DNA from: an uncultured Clostridium sp.
Lineage (GTDB): Bacteria; Bacillota; Clostridia; TANB77; CAG-508
NCBI GenBank assembly: GCA_947367845.1
Contig: CANBES010000001.1
Coordinates: 36,437-100,436 of the forward strand
DNA length: 64,000 nt
Direction of reading: 5' to 3'
Positions 52,501 to 63,444 of this stretch are shown here, piece after piece. Both the position numbers and the translations under genes were made by a program. How positions within the stretch are numbered: position 1 is the first letter of the stretch; each line of letters starts with the position of its first letter. The notes under the pieces are model-generated. The model was not told the DNA's origin, searched no databases, and saw nothing but the letters and a program-made list of their open reading frames with translations.

Positions 52501-52969
52501 CTGGATTTGGTTTTTCCCATATTTGAACTTTTGCTTGATTTTGCATTGAAACATCTGCTATATCAAATATCATTATAGGATTTAATGCAGTTCTTATGTA
52601 ATATGTTCCGTCTTGTATCTCATCAGATTCCATACTTAATAGTTCTATTCCATTTTCTTCTACATCTTCTTCAATTTCAATTTGTTCTTCTTCAATTATA
52701 CTATTTTCTTCTATACTATTTTCTTCTTGCTCTGTATTTTCTTGTCCTGGTTCTTCTTTAATTATTTCTTCTTCCTCTGTTTCTTCATCTTGAATTGATT
52801 CTTCAATTTCTTCTTCAATTGCTTCTTCATCTACTTTTACTTCTGTTTTGCTTTCATCATCTATATTTCCAGCCATAATTTCTTCATATGCACAGCTTAT
52901 AGTAGTTGCTATAAAAGGAAAAACTAAAGTTATTATAAGAATTATTATCAATAGCTTTTTCGTCATCAT
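49501..52969 (-). pseudogene. Giant secreted protein: signal peptide, acidic region, multiple ricin-B lectin repeats, C-terminal GH73 glucosaminidase; disrupted by a 7-bp tandem duplication at 49890-49903
   Basis: QxW lectin repeats. The C-terminus is split over two ORFs that together align to the GH73 paralog at 41928-43439. GACGGAAGACGGAA sits at the junction. Confidence 0.55.
51710..52612. repeat. Two ~450-bp near-identical tandem repeats encoding ricin-B lectin modules
   Basis: The protein segments starting DGTYYIRTALNPIM and GTYYLSTALNPIM are >85% identical over ~150 aa. The DNA is visibly repeated. Confidence 0.5.
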
Positions 52970-53083
52970 TTTTATTCCTCCATCTCTTGTTATAATTCAT
53001 TATGTTTAATTATGCTCGCAAATTTATTATATATTTTTTTTTGACTTTTTTCAACATTTTCTAGTTTCCAATTTTTGTCTTTT

Positions 53084-54070
53084 TTATCTTAATCTACTAA
53101 AAATATATACTACCATTTTTCCAAAATGTAATTTGTGAAAAATCATAAAAATCCAAAACATAAACCTTACTTGTAATCTTTCTCCTTTTGGCTTATTAAG
53201 TCCTATTAATGGATTTTTTTTGTAATTTGGAAATCTTTCCTCTAACCATTTAAATAGTCTATCATATTCTTTGCTCATATCTTTAAATTTTGTTTTTCCT
53301 GTTGTCCATTGTAATACCCAAATAATAAAATTAAAATAATATAATTCTATTAAATCATGATTCTCATCTGTAATTGCATTTCTTTCTTTTAAACTGTCAT
53401 ATGATGAGTTAATCATTTTATCAATTTCAACATTTTTTATGTCTTTATGAGCTGTATTTGATATACTTGCAGTATTCAAATACCAATGATATCCAACATA
53501 TTCTAATATTTTAACTTTCTTTGCCATAGCATTAGCTTGTAAATTAAAGTAAATATCTTCTCCAATATTAACTTTTATAAACTTTATTTTGTTTTCTTCT
53601 AAGAAGTTTTTTTTGTATAGCCTTGCATATGGACCCATTATCATATACATAGCCCATGGCTCATTTTGTAATGGTACTGTATAAAGTATCTTTTCATCAT
53701 CTGATTTGTGATGTCCGCCTAATACTAAGTCATAATCATCATCTTTTAAAGGCTCTACGTATTTTTCAATATAGTCTTTTTCTACAAAATCATCACTATC
53801 AACAAACATGATGTATTCTCCTGTAGCCATTTCCATAGCAACGTTTCTTGCTTCTGCTGGTCCTTTGTTTTCTTGCTCTTTCACTTTAATGATTTCAGGA
53901 TACTTTTTTGCGTATTCTTCTATTATTTTTTGCGAACCATCTTTTGACCCATCATTTACCATTATAATTTCTATATTTTTGTATGTATTATTTAGTATAC
54001 TATCTAAACATCTTGCTAAGTATTTTTCTACATTATAAACTGGTATAATAACTGATATTTTCTTTTCCAT
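53084..54070 (-). CDS. GT2 glycosyltransferase
   Basis: SVIIPVYN and DSDD motifs. Confidence 0.7.
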   Translation of the reverse strand: MEKKISVIIPVYNVEKYLARCLDSILNNTYKNIEIIMVNDGSKDGSQKIIEEYAKKYPEIIKVKEQENKGPAEARNVAMEMATGEYIMFVDSDDFVEKDYIEKYVEPLKDDDYDLVLGGHHKSDDEKILYTVPLQNEPWAMYMIMGPYARLYKKNFLEENKIKFIKVNIGEDIYFNLQANAMAKKVKILEYVGYHWYLNTASISNTAHKDIKNVEIDKMINSSYDSLKERNAITDENHDLIELYYFNFIIWVLQWTTGKTKFKDMSKEYDRLFKWLEERFPNYKKNPLIGLNKPKGERLQVRFMFWIFMIFHKLHFGKMVVYIFSRLR

Positions 54071-54095
54071 TTTACTTTCTCCTTTTATTTGGATT

Positions 54096-55079
54096 TTATA
54101 TTTTACTATATAATAATAACATTGTTTTTCCTAACTTAAATTTGTGTGCTAGCATAAAGAAATACACTGTTAATCTCACACCTGCAATTTCTCCCTTTGG
54201 TTTTGTTATTTTTAGTAATTTATTTTTCTTGTAATTTGGAAATCTTTCTTCTAGCCATTTAAAAATTTTATTATATTCTTCTTTAATTGTTGTAGCTTCT
54301 ACTTTCTTTGTTGAAAATAGTAAGAACCATACTATATATCTTATAAAATACATTTCTATTATTTCATAATGTTTTTCTAATATATTTTTTTGTTTTAATA
54401 CATCATAACAACTATTTAATAATTCATATACCTGTAGGTTCTTTATATTTTTTTGCGTGGTGTTTGAAACACTAGCTGAGTTAAAATACCAATTGTAGCC
54501 AATATAATCTATTATTTTTATTTTGTCTGACAATAGCATTGCTTGCATATTGAAATAAACATCTTCTCCAATGTTTACTGTCAAAAATGTAATATCATTT
54601 TCTATTAGATATTGTTTTTTATAAATTCTTGCCCATGGTGCAAAAATCATAAATTTTGCCCATTCTTCTTGTGGCAATTGTAGTTGTTTTACTACCTTTC
54701 CTTCTTCGTTTGGTCTTCTGTATCCACCTAAAACCACATCATAATCTCCACTTTTTGCTTCTTTCGCAAATGTTTCTATGTAATCTTTATCAATAAAGTC
54801 ATCATTATCAATGAACATTACATAGTCCCCTTCTGCCTTTTTTATTGCTTCATTTCTGGTTTTAGATACACCTTTATTTTCTTGCTTGATTGCTTTTATG
54901 AGATTTGGATGTTTTTCTACGTATTTATCTATAATTTCTTGCGATTTATCCTTTGAGCCATCATTTATAACAATTATTTCATGTGCTTGATATGTTTGTT
55001 TTATAACACTATCTAGACATTTCGCAATGTATTTTTCAGAGTTATATACTGGAATAATTACTGATACCTTTTCGTTCAT
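54096..55079 (-). CDS. GT2 glycosyltransferase (paralog of previous)
   Basis: SVIIPVYN and DNDD motifs. Confidence 0.7.
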   Translation of the reverse strand: MNEKVSVIIPVYNSEKYIAKCLDSVIKQTYQAHEIIVINDGSKDKSQEIIDKYVEKHPNLIKAIKQENKGVSKTRNEAIKKAEGDYVMFIDNDDFIDKDYIETFAKEAKSGDYDVVLGGYRRPNEEGKVVKQLQLPQEEWAKFMIFAPWARIYKKQYLIENDITFLTVNIGEDVYFNMQAMLLSDKIKIIDYIGYNWYFNSASVSNTTQKNIKNLQVYELLNSCYDVLKQKNILEKHYEIIEMYFIRYIVWFLLFSTKKVEATTIKEEYNKIFKWLEERFPNYKKNKLLKITKPKGEIAGVRLTVYFFMLAHKFKLGKTMLLLYSKI

Positions 55080-55083
55080 TTTA

Positions 55084-56343
55084 TTATTTTCCTTCCTCTA
55101 TTTCTTGCTTAGCAAATTTTTTTTGCAATTTTTTTAGTATTATATTAGATGTAACTGCATATAATATAAACTGTAATAACATGATAGAAAAATAGGCTAT
55201 TGTTGCACCATTTATTTCAAATGCTTTTGTAAATATATTTGAGCCTATTATTGCGTAAATTGAAATAGCAACATAAATTACAAATTGTACGAACGTCTTT
55301 CTTATTGTTGTTAGAATTGAAGAATATATAGTTGCAATAACACTACAAGTAGATGCAATTATAATCCATACTAAGTTCATACGATATGCTTGAAGTTCCA
55401 CTCCATAAATTATTTGCAAAACTGGAATTCCTAAGAAAAACGCTGCTATTACTGCCAATGCACCAACTCCTGCTATCATCGCAATTAATTTGTACATTAT
55501 TTTTTTCATTCCTTGTATATCTGCATTTTTAAATTTATCTGTCACAATATTTAAGTATGGGTGAATAATAAATTGTGCAAACAGTCCAATTGCTGTTGCA
55601 GGCATAACTATAATTCCATAAATTGCTTGGATATGCTCACTTAAATAATTATCAATAGAATATTTAGGCGCATTCATAATGTACATGCCTAAAAATGAAA
55701 TACCAAAAATAAATATTCCACTTTTAGTTATTTGCCAAACATTTTTCATTTCTACTTTTTCACTGCTATCTATTATTTTTAAAACATTTGGTATATCATA
55801 TATTGCAATTATAATCACATTTACAATGGCAATAAATCCACATGATAATAATAGATTTCTAGTTATCAAGTTACATATTCCAAAAGCTATAAGGCTTATT
55901 AATGCTTTTACAAAAAATGATTTTCCTACTTTATATAGTAATTCTTTCTTCTGTAATACGCCATATAATACATCACTAAATGCTTCGCATGCTTTATAAA
56001 AGCACAATATTAAAAATATACCTGCTTTATATAAATCATATCCTTTTATTACAACAAATCCAATAGATATTACTATCATAATCGCCACTGTAATAGCACG
56101 ATTTACTATGTATTCTTTATCATTTACTTTTTGATTTTCTGTTACTTGAAATATTCTTCCTGCATATACTCCTATTATGTATAAAATACATGCTGTACTA
56201 AACGCAAGAGAAAAAATCCCTGCATTGTCTGTCCCATTCATTCTTGTCACTAGAATAAGAAAGAATAAGGAATTGAAAGAATTGAAGGTAGTTCCTACAA
56301 TATTCCATATAAAATTCTTATTAAAATTCTCTGTTTTTTCCAA
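55084..56343 (-). CDS. Wzx-type polysaccharide flippase (MOP superfamily)
   Basis: 419 aa with ~12 TM. Confidence 0.6.
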   Translation of the reverse strand: MEKTENFNKNFIWNIVGTTFNSFNSLFFLILVTRMNGTDNAGIFSLAFSTACILYIIGVYAGRIFQVTENQKVNDKEYIVNRAITVAIMIVISIGFVVIKGYDLYKAGIFLILCFYKACEAFSDVLYGVLQKKELLYKVGKSFFVKALISLIAFGICNLITRNLLLSCGFIAIVNVIIIAIYDIPNVLKIIDSSEKVEMKNVWQITKSGIFIFGISFLGMYIMNAPKYSIDNYLSEHIQAIYGIIVMPATAIGLFAQFIIHPYLNIVTDKFKNADIQGMKKIMYKLIAMIAGVGALAVIAAFFLGIPVLQIIYGVELQAYRMNLVWIIIASTCSVIATIYSSILTTIRKTFVQFVIYVAISIYAIIGSNIFTKAFEINGATIAYFSIMLLQFILYAVTSNIILKKLQKKFAKQEIEEGK

Positions 56344-56355
56344 TTTTTTCTCCTT

Positions 56356-57393
56356 TTAAAACTTGATATCTATTTTTAGTTTATCTACCATAAATCTATA
56401 AAGTGTAATATATACCATTGGCATGTGCATTTTGTATAATTTAGAAATTCCCCAAAGGCCTATATGTTTTACTCCTCTTTTTATAGAATATCCTAATTTT
56501 AAATATGGTGATTTTCTCCATGTTGCAAAATTTTCATCTAAATACAAAATAGTTTCTTTCATCATATTTTTCATATTAATACTTTTATCATATGATGCCC
56601 TGTACATAACAGAAGTTCCTAAATGGATAAACGCCATTAGGTCTAAGATGTTTTTCATTTCTTCATATTTGTTTTCTTTTATGTAGAAGCCTTTTAACTC
56701 CAATAAATATTTTTTAAAATTGTTGACGTCTTGCTCGTTTACCGAATGAATTTGAGAATCATATCTTAAGAAATAATGATATAGCACATCTGGCACAAAT
56801 GCTACTTTTTCTATTTTAGCATAACTGCTTGTCAAGAAAATCATATCATTAAATCCTCTAAAATTAAGGAATCTCAAATCTTTTACTTTTTCTAATTTGT
56901 AAATTTTATTCCAAGGAGCAGGATTAATAAATAGCATAAAATCATCTTTGTTATTGATTGTTTTTACACTATTTCCAAAGTTCGTCATGTTTTTTGAAAC
57001 TACTTTTCCTGTATCTAAATCAATTCTTTCAAAACCACACACTGCTAAGTCTGCATTGTTTTCCTTTGCAGCATTATATAATTTTTCTGCCCATGTTGGT
57101 TCTACATAGTCATCTGTATCAACAAATGTTACATATTCTCCTGTTGCTCTTTCTAATCCATAGTTTCTTGTAGTAAATTCTCCTCCATTTGGTTTATGGT
57201 ATGCCTTTACTTTATTTGGATACTTCTTTGCATATTCATCTATTATTTGTGGTGCCGAATCTGTTGATCCATCATCGACACACAGAATTTCTATATCTTT
57301 TAATGTTTGATTTACTAATGCATCTAAGCATCTTGGTAAGTATTTTTCTAAATTGTAAACTGCTGCTACAATTGATAATTTGTATTGTTTCAT
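56356..57393 (-). CDS. GT2 glycosyltransferase
   Basis: LSIVAAVYN and DTDD motifs. Confidence 0.7.
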   Translation of the reverse strand: MKQYKLSIVAAVYNLEKYLPRCLDALVNQTLKDIEILCVDDGSTDSAPQIIDEYAKKYPNKVKAYHKPNGGEFTTRNYGLERATGEYVTFVDTDDYVEPTWAEKLYNAAKENNADLAVCGFERIDLDTGKVVSKNMTNFGNSVKTINNKDDFMLFINPAPWNKIYKLEKVKDLRFLNFRGFNDMIFLTSSYAKIEKVAFVPDVLYHYFLRYDSQIHSVNEQDVNNFKKYLLELKGFYIKENKYEEMKNILDLMAFIHLGTSVMYRASYDKSINMKNMMKETILYLDENFATWRKSPYLKLGYSIKRGVKHIGLWGISKLYKMHMPMVYITLYRFMVDKLKIDIKF

Positions 57394-57427
57394 CTTACTT
57401 CATTCCTTAATACATATTTTTAGAAAA

Positions 57428-57778
57428 TTATATCTTTTTTTTAGCTTTTTCTTCTTGTTCTTTTAAAGCAATTGCATGATTTAAATTTTTAACTTTTTCG
57501 TTTAACATTGCTATTTTTATATTAGTAGTAAATGTTTGTATTAGTAAAAATCCAATAATTACTAAAAACACGAAATTTACTGGTGCCATAAACCCTAATT
57601 GATTAGATATCCATTCTACTGTATTAGAAAAGATACTCATTATTATTAATATAAAAGTTCCTATTACCCAAACAATTGAATCTGCTACTCTCATTTTTGA
57701 TTGTTTTACTCTTTTTACACATAATAAACATGATATTAATGAACATATAATTAAAATTATTCTTAAAGTTAGTGACAT
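57428..57778 (-). CDS. Small membrane protein (DUF2304-like) associated with GT2
   Basis: 116 aa, 3 TM and a C-terminal coiled coil. Adjacent to a soluble DPM1-like GT2. Confidence 0.4.
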   Translation of the reverse strand: MSLTLRIILIICSLISCLLCVKRVKQSKMRVADSIVWVIGTFILIIMSIFSNTVEWISNQLGFMAPVNFVFLVIIGFLLIQTFTTNIKIAMLNEKVKNLNHAIALKEQEEKAKKKI

Positions 57779-57779
57779 T

Positions 57780-58502
57780 TTATTTTCCTCCTTTTTTTAC
57801 TTTTAATGTTAATGCTCTAACAAAGAGAATTGAAAACATCATACTTAGCATATATTCTATAGATTTAATAGGATTTAGGTAACTTTCTCCAAATTCTCTC
57901 TCGCTCATTTCTACTTGTACTTCTTCTATTTTTAATTTCTTTTTTAACATATATACTAATGTGTCTGGTTCAGGAGTCAAACTGCTGTTATTAACAAATT
58001 CCTCTATTGCTTTTTTTCCATATGCTCTCATTCCTGATGTTGGGTCTTTGATTGTTTTTCCTGTTGTTAATTTTATTGCCATGCTAATTAAATTGCTACC
58101 TAGCATTCTCATAGTTTTTGGTTTCTTTTGTGTTACAAACCTTGAACCTATTGCTACATCGCAATTTTCTTCTTCTATTTTTTTTACTAATTCTTTTAAG
58201 TATTTTGCTTGATGTTGCCCATCCCCATCAAATTGAATAACAATATCGTAATCATTTTTATAGGCATATTTCATCCCTACTTGGATTCCACTTGTTAACC
58301 CATAGTTAATTGGTAATGATATCATATTAAAATTATTTTTCTCACATACTTCTTTTGTGTTATCTTTTGAACAGTCATTTACTACGACATAGTCATAATT
58401 TGAATTTTGTTTTACATCATTTACTGTTTTTTCTATATTTAGAGCTTCGTTATAAGCTGGAATTACAATTAATGTTTTCATTTTTATCTCCTTTTTTACC
58501 AC
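57780..58502 (-). CDS. GT2 glycosyltransferase (short, DPM1/CsbB-like)
   Basis: LIVIPAYNE and DGD motifs. Confidence 0.65.
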   Translation of the reverse strand: MVKKEIKMKTLIVIPAYNEALNIEKTVNDVKQNSNYDYVVVNDCSKDNTKEVCEKNNFNMISLPINYGLTSGIQVGMKYAYKNDYDIVIQFDGDGQHQAKYLKELVKKIEEENCDVAIGSRFVTQKKPKTMRMLGSNLISMAIKLTTGKTIKDPTSGMRAYGKKAIEEFVNNSSLTPEPDTLVYMLKKKLKIEEVQVEMSEREFGESYLNPIKSIEYMLSMMFSILFVRALTLKVKKGGK

Positions 58503-60211
58503 TTAAATATTGCACCTACCAAAGAAATTGTTAATATAATATTGCTTATAAATATTAATTTTATTATATTATTTTCTTTGTTTCCTTCATTTTTCATATT
58601 CTTGTTTGATACTATCATTAATAGCAATAGAACAGTTGGAAATACATATCTTATTGCATATCCTGTTAAAACTGTTGAACCTATTGGCGTAAATGTTAAA
58701 TATAATACCGCACTTGTCATGGCGTAAATCATTAAGAATGTTAAAATGAATATTATTTTCTCTTTCTTTCCGAAATTTATGCTATCATCTTTAATCGCAA
58801 TGTATATATAATATATTAACATTATAAAGAACAACCATGATGATGTTTCAGAGAAGAAATGTGAAAATTGGAAGCTTGACCACCAATTATAATTTAGTAA
58901 TGATTGTGTTACATGATTATATGCTACTTTAAATATCACTGTTGGATGCGCTATAAGGTTAGCCATTTGACCTCTAAATCCTGTATCTCCACCTCTAGGG
59001 TCGCCCATATCTATTGTTATTTTTGGTTGTACTAACATAATCATTCCCATTATTACAATTGCAAATAGTATTAATAGCCAAATCTTTTTGCCATATTTCT
59101 TTATAATATCTTTTATAGGTAATATGAATATTAATAATCCTATTGCGCAATATGACATAGATTTAAATGTTAATGTTAAACAATATATCAGTGTCAAAAT
59201 CATTAATTGCTTAAATGTTATATTTTCCTTTTCATTATATAATTTTAAACAATATGCTACAAATAGAGTTATTAGTATTGTTCCAAGTGAGTCTAATGAA
59301 TATGTTCCTGCGATGCATAAAAACATTGGCAATGCTATTACTGCAAATGCAATATTCTTTTTATATGGTAAGATTTCTAAAACTAACATTGCTAATCCCA
59401 TATATGTTAATAAATTCATTATCTTTCCGCATATGAAAACATCTGCAACACTTCCACCTAAAATTCTTCCTACAAATATTCCTATTGCACTTGGAATATA
59501 TAAAATAGGATTATATGTTGCTGGAGTTGAATCTATTTCATCATCTGCTGGTATTTGTCCTTCTTCATATTTATATGGTATTTTAAAGTTTTCTGCCATA
59601 ATTACATAGTGTGTACCTCTTGGCAATTCTTCCATAAATTGCTTGTCCACCACTGGATTATTGAAATCCAAGTTGCCATACGAAATATTATATGCTTCCA
59701 TAAAATGTTTTTTCTCATCTAATACATTATAACTTGTACAAGTTATAGAAAGCACTATTCCTACTAATATTAGCGAAATCAAATTAACTTTATAATCGTT
59801 TGATGCATAAATTACACTTGTAAGTCCACCTAATAAAGCCAAAATTAACATTGCTAACTGTGGTAACAACATAGTTGTTCCTTCTGTTAAAATCGCTTTT
59901 GCTACTACTCCTAGCAAGATTATAAGTGAAATAGCTACATAAGTTATTAGCACTATTTTTTTCGCTTTATTTTGATATGATTTTTCTATATTTTCGAAAT
60001 TTACTTTTTTATTAAAAAGTAATGTTGCTAGTATTGTTAATATATACATTACTAGTCTACAAATTGAGAAATAGAATGTTGTAATTTCTCCTTGTATTAT
60101 TCTTTCTGTAAATGTATGGTTACAATACCCTAGTTCATATATTAATATAAATGCCAATATAATTAATATATTATATATCTTTAACTTTCTTTTCGTCATT
60201 TTTAAAAACAT
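58496..60211 (-). CDS. Polytopic membrane protein, possible GT-C-type glycosyltransferase/polymerase
   Basis: 571 aa with ~14 TM, inside the polysaccharide locus. Confidence 0.4.
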   Translation of the reverse strand: MFLKMTKRKLKIYNILIILAFILIYELGYCNHTFTERIIQGEITTFYFSICRLVMYILTILATLLFNKKVNFENIEKSYQNKAKKIVLITYVAISLIILLGVVAKAILTEGTTMLLPQLAMLILALLGGLTSVIYASNDYKVNLISLILVGIVLSITCTSYNVLDEKKHFMEAYNISYGNLDFNNPVVDKQFMEELPRGTHYVIMAENFKIPYKYEEGQIPADDEIDSTPATYNPILYIPSAIGIFVGRILGGSVADVFICGKIMNLLTYMGLAMLVLEILPYKKNIAFAVIALPMFLCIAGTYSLDSLGTILITLFVAYCLKLYNEKENITFKQLMILTLIYCLTLTFKSMSYCAIGLLIFILPIKDIIKKYGKKIWLLILFAIVIMGMIMLVQPKITIDMGDPRGGDTGFRGQMANLIAHPTVIFKVAYNHVTQSLLNYNWWSSFQFSHFFSETSSWLFFIMLIYYIYIAIKDDSINFGKKEKIIFILTFLMIYAMTSAVLYLTFTPIGSTVLTGYAIRYVFPTVLLLLMIVSNKNMKNEGNKENNIIKLIFISNIILTISLVGAIFKW

Positions 60212-61196
60212 CTAAAACTCCTTTGTTTACCATAAATAATAATTTTGCAAATATCGCTATTATAGACCAACATGTAATATATAATAACAATGTCCCAGTA
60301 AATCCATATGTTCTATTTTGAAATTTATTTTCTGTACTCATAATAATATAATGATGTACTAAAAATATTGCATATGAATATTTTGATATTATTCCAAATA
60401 TCTTTTGAATCGTCATATTTTGCACAAATTGTCCAATATAAGCTAGTACGAAAAATAATCCGTAACCTACCATATTTCCAAATAATACTTGTACATTTCT
60501 AGTTGCTGATGGCATCATATATCCAGCTATCGCTATTAATAGCCCAATTCCTGCATGCCCTATCTTGATTTTTTTGATATTTATTACATACATTCCAAGC
60601 ATAAAGCTATATAAACAAACTATTATGTTTTTGTTTATTTCCATTTTTCCATTGGTATAGAATATTAATAATAAAAAATTTAATATTGTTCCAATTGTAA
60701 ATGTTATTTTTGGCCATTTTAACACTGCTTTTCTTAATAAAGGGAATACTACATATATAAGAACAATGCATCCTAAGAACCATTCTCCTATTAGATAAAT
60801 TGTTTGTATATATGGGCTTAAATATCCATCCATTGCGAATAGTGAAAATATTAATCTATACATTGGTAATCCCCAAATATTTTGTTTGTTCATATAGAAA
60901 AAATAAATAAATAACGATGTGTATGCTATCCAAAACATAGGATATATTCCTAAAAATCTTTTTTTAGCATATTGTTTTAGTTCTAATTTTTCTTTATAAT
61001 TATACATTAATGCTGCACCAGAAATCATAAAGAATAATGTTACTCCTATTAATCCCCATTTTCCATTTGAAAATATAAAGTCTGTTCCAACAATATTATT
61101 TTCTGAAAAATGTACAAAGAAGTGATATGTTACTATTATAAACATCGAGATAACTCTTATAAAATCTAAGTAAAATATTTTTCTTTTTTTCTCCAT
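60171..61196 (-). CDS. Acyltransferase family 3 membrane protein (O-acetyltransferase)
   Basis: 341 aa with ~10 TM. Sequence is typical of the AT3 family. Confidence 0.55.
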   Translation of the reverse strand: MEKKRKIFYLDFIRVISMFIIVTYHFFVHFSENNIVGTDFIFSNGKWGLIGVTLFFMISGAALMYNYKEKLELKQYAKKRFLGIYPMFWIAYTSLFIYFFYMNKQNIWGLPMYRLIFSLFAMDGYLSPYIQTIYLIGEWFLGCIVLIYVVFPLLRKAVLKWPKITFTIGTILNFLLLIFYTNGKMEINKNIIVCLYSFMLGMYVINIKKIKIGHAGIGLLIAIAGYMMPSATRNVQVLFGNMVGYGLFFVLAYIGQFVQNMTIQKIFGIISKYSYAIFLVHHYIIMSTENKFQNRTYGFTGTLLLYITCWSIIAIFAKLLFMVNKGVLDVFKNDEKKVKDI

Positions 61197-61197
61197 T

Positions 61198-63423
61198 TTA
61201 TTTTCCCCTTATCTTCGCCTTTATTTTCTTAGCAATACGCCATGCTTTTGTATTTCTCATTTTTTCATATTTATGAACTAGATGTCCATAATTTGCTTGA
61301 TACAAATCAAATTCCATATCTCTTGCAATTTTCTTATAATCTATAAATTTATATCCATTTACTAGACTTGCTTTTGCTGGTATTGCTTCGTATAATTTTT
61401 TATAATATTCTTGCATTTCCGCTATTGTTTTAAAGTTATATCTTTCAAAAGCTTCCTTTTTAGCTTGATATTCTTCTTTATTTACACTTATTTCTTGTAT
61501 CTTTTCTAATATTTTAGAAGCATCTGTATTAACTTCTAATGTCCAGCCTAGGCCATCTTTTTTTACTCTATCTCCTACTGCACCTAAGTCAAATGTAAGT
61601 ACTGGAACTTTTGCCATATAACTTTCTGTAAGAGTATATGAATATGTTTCTGGCCAAGTTGCAAATATACATACTAAGTCTATTTGATTATCTATAAGTA
61701 ATTGTGGTAATTCTCCTCTAGTGTATGGTCCATGATTTATATAATTTGCTGTGCTTTTGCTTAACATCTCGTCATTTGGTTTTCCAAATAAATGTATTTT
61801 TATCTTTTGGTTTGTATTTTTCTTTATTAAATCTTTTAAAATATTGCTTCCTTTATGTATTGCCATAGCTCCAACAAATGCAATATCAAAGGTTCCTTTT
61901 TCTTTTTTATCCGCTTCTTTTACTTCTATTACATCTACACCATGTTCAACAACTTCAATATTTAAATTGCTATATGCTTTTTCATATTGCATTTTTGTAT
62001 TTTCTGAAGGCACAATTATTTTATCAAATTTTTCTAATACTACTTTACAAGTTTCTCTCCAACTGCCTAAAATGTCACTATTTACTCCCAACCTGTCATG
62101 TAAGCATTTCTTGCAATTTTTTCTTGTATCATTTTCACAGAATTTATCAATATATACCATATTTATAGATGGGCATATCATGTATAAATCGTGAAGTGTA
62201 ATTATGCTGTATACTTCTTTTTTCTTTGCTATATCTATTGCATCAAATGTTTGAAACAAGAAATGATGTACATGTAAAATATCAAATTTAAATGAATCAA
62301 ATAGCATTTCTAACATTTTACGATATGAGTTGTTTGTATTATGAATTTGTCCATATTGGAAAATATCTGTTTTGAAATTTGCAATTTCTCTTCCAGCTTC
62401 GTTTGTATATAAATATAGTTTAAATCTTGCCAAATCGTTTTCATCTGGCGCTAATACAAAACTAGCTATATTTTCTTGAGTGTTTTTTAAAATCAAGTCT
62501 TTTATATGTAGTGAGGTTCCTCCTGTCATTTCCATATTTTCTTTCCATTCATTTACTAGATACAAAATCTTCTTTTTACCGTATATATCTATATTTAATT
62601 TAACATTTTCTTGAATGTCTCTTAATGGATTATTAGCTATAAATTGATCTGTTTTTTCTACATAAATAGGATGTTTTCCTCTTAGTAATTTCATATGTTC
62701 ATCAATTAACGCTGCTCTTGATTCTGTCATATTTTCTTTTTTGAAACTTTGAGTACCTTTATGATATATAAATGTGTTGTCACATAAGACATTAGTATAT
62801 CCATTGTCTAACGCTCTGTAACAAAAGTCATTTTCTTCTCCGTAACCTTTTCCAAATGTTTCGTCATCAAATAGCCCTATTTTAGTTATCACATCTCTTT
62901 TTATATACATACAGAATCCATTTCCTGTTGTTAATTCTGGGTAACGACTTTTTGAGATTTTTTCTATCATTTCTGCATATTCTTCTAAATTCATGTTCTT
63001 TGGTAATTCATTATCAATTCCAAAGTTTGGTACTGAACAGATTGTTCCATTATTAGTAAGTGGTGTAACTGTTGCAATATATTGATTCGAATATGCACAT
63101 TCTTGTATTTTTTCAATCCAGTTTTTTGTTACTTCTGTATCACTATTTAGTAGAATTACATCATTTTGCGAATATTGCATTCCTCTATTTACGGTTTTTA
63201 CAAATCCCATATTTTGCTCATTCTCTAATACTACAATATTTAATTCTTCGTTTTCGTTTTTATATTTTTCAAGCATTGGTTGTATTTTTTCATCTGGACT
63301 TTTATCGTTTATTAATACAAGTGTATGCTTTGTTAAATCCGTTGTTCTTAAAATACTTTTTATACATTCTTCTGTATATTCATATGCATTATATACTGGT
63401 ATGATAATATCAATGTTTTTCAT
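61198..63423 (-). CDS. Multidomain glycosyltransferase (N-terminal GT2 + C-terminal GT4-like)
   Basis: IDIIIPVYN and DTE motifs in the N-terminal part. The C-terminal half resembles GT-B/GT4. Confidence 0.55.
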   Translation of the reverse strand: MKNIDIIIPVYNAYEYTEECIKSILRTTDLTKHTLVLINDKSPDEKIQPMLEKYKNENEELNIVVLENEQNMGFVKTVNRGMQYSQNDVILLNSDTEVTKNWIEKIQECAYSNQYIATVTPLTNNGTICSVPNFGIDNELPKNMNLEEYAEMIEKISKSRYPELTTGNGFCMYIKRDVITKIGLFDDETFGKGYGEENDFCYRALDNGYTNVLCDNTFIYHKGTQSFKKENMTESRAALIDEHMKLLRGKHPIYVEKTDQFIANNPLRDIQENVKLNIDIYGKKKILYLVNEWKENMEMTGGTSLHIKDLILKNTQENIASFVLAPDENDLARFKLYLYTNEAGREIANFKTDIFQYGQIHNTNNSYRKMLEMLFDSFKFDILHVHHFLFQTFDAIDIAKKKEVYSIITLHDLYMICPSINMVYIDKFCENDTRKNCKKCLHDRLGVNSDILGSWRETCKVVLEKFDKIIVPSENTKMQYEKAYSNLNIEVVEHGVDVIEVKEADKKEKGTFDIAFVGAMAIHKGSNILKDLIKKNTNQKIKIHLFGKPNDEMLSKSTANYINHGPYTRGELPQLLIDNQIDLVCIFATWPETYSYTLTESYMAKVPVLTFDLGAVGDRVKKDGLGWTLEVNTDASKILEKIQEISVNKEEYQAKKEAFERYNFKTIAEMQEYYKKLYEAIPAKASLVNGYKFIDYKKIARDMEFDLYQANYGHLVHKYEKMRNTKAWRIAKKIKAKIRGK

Positions 63424-63444
63424 TAATTTTTCCTCGCTTTTATA

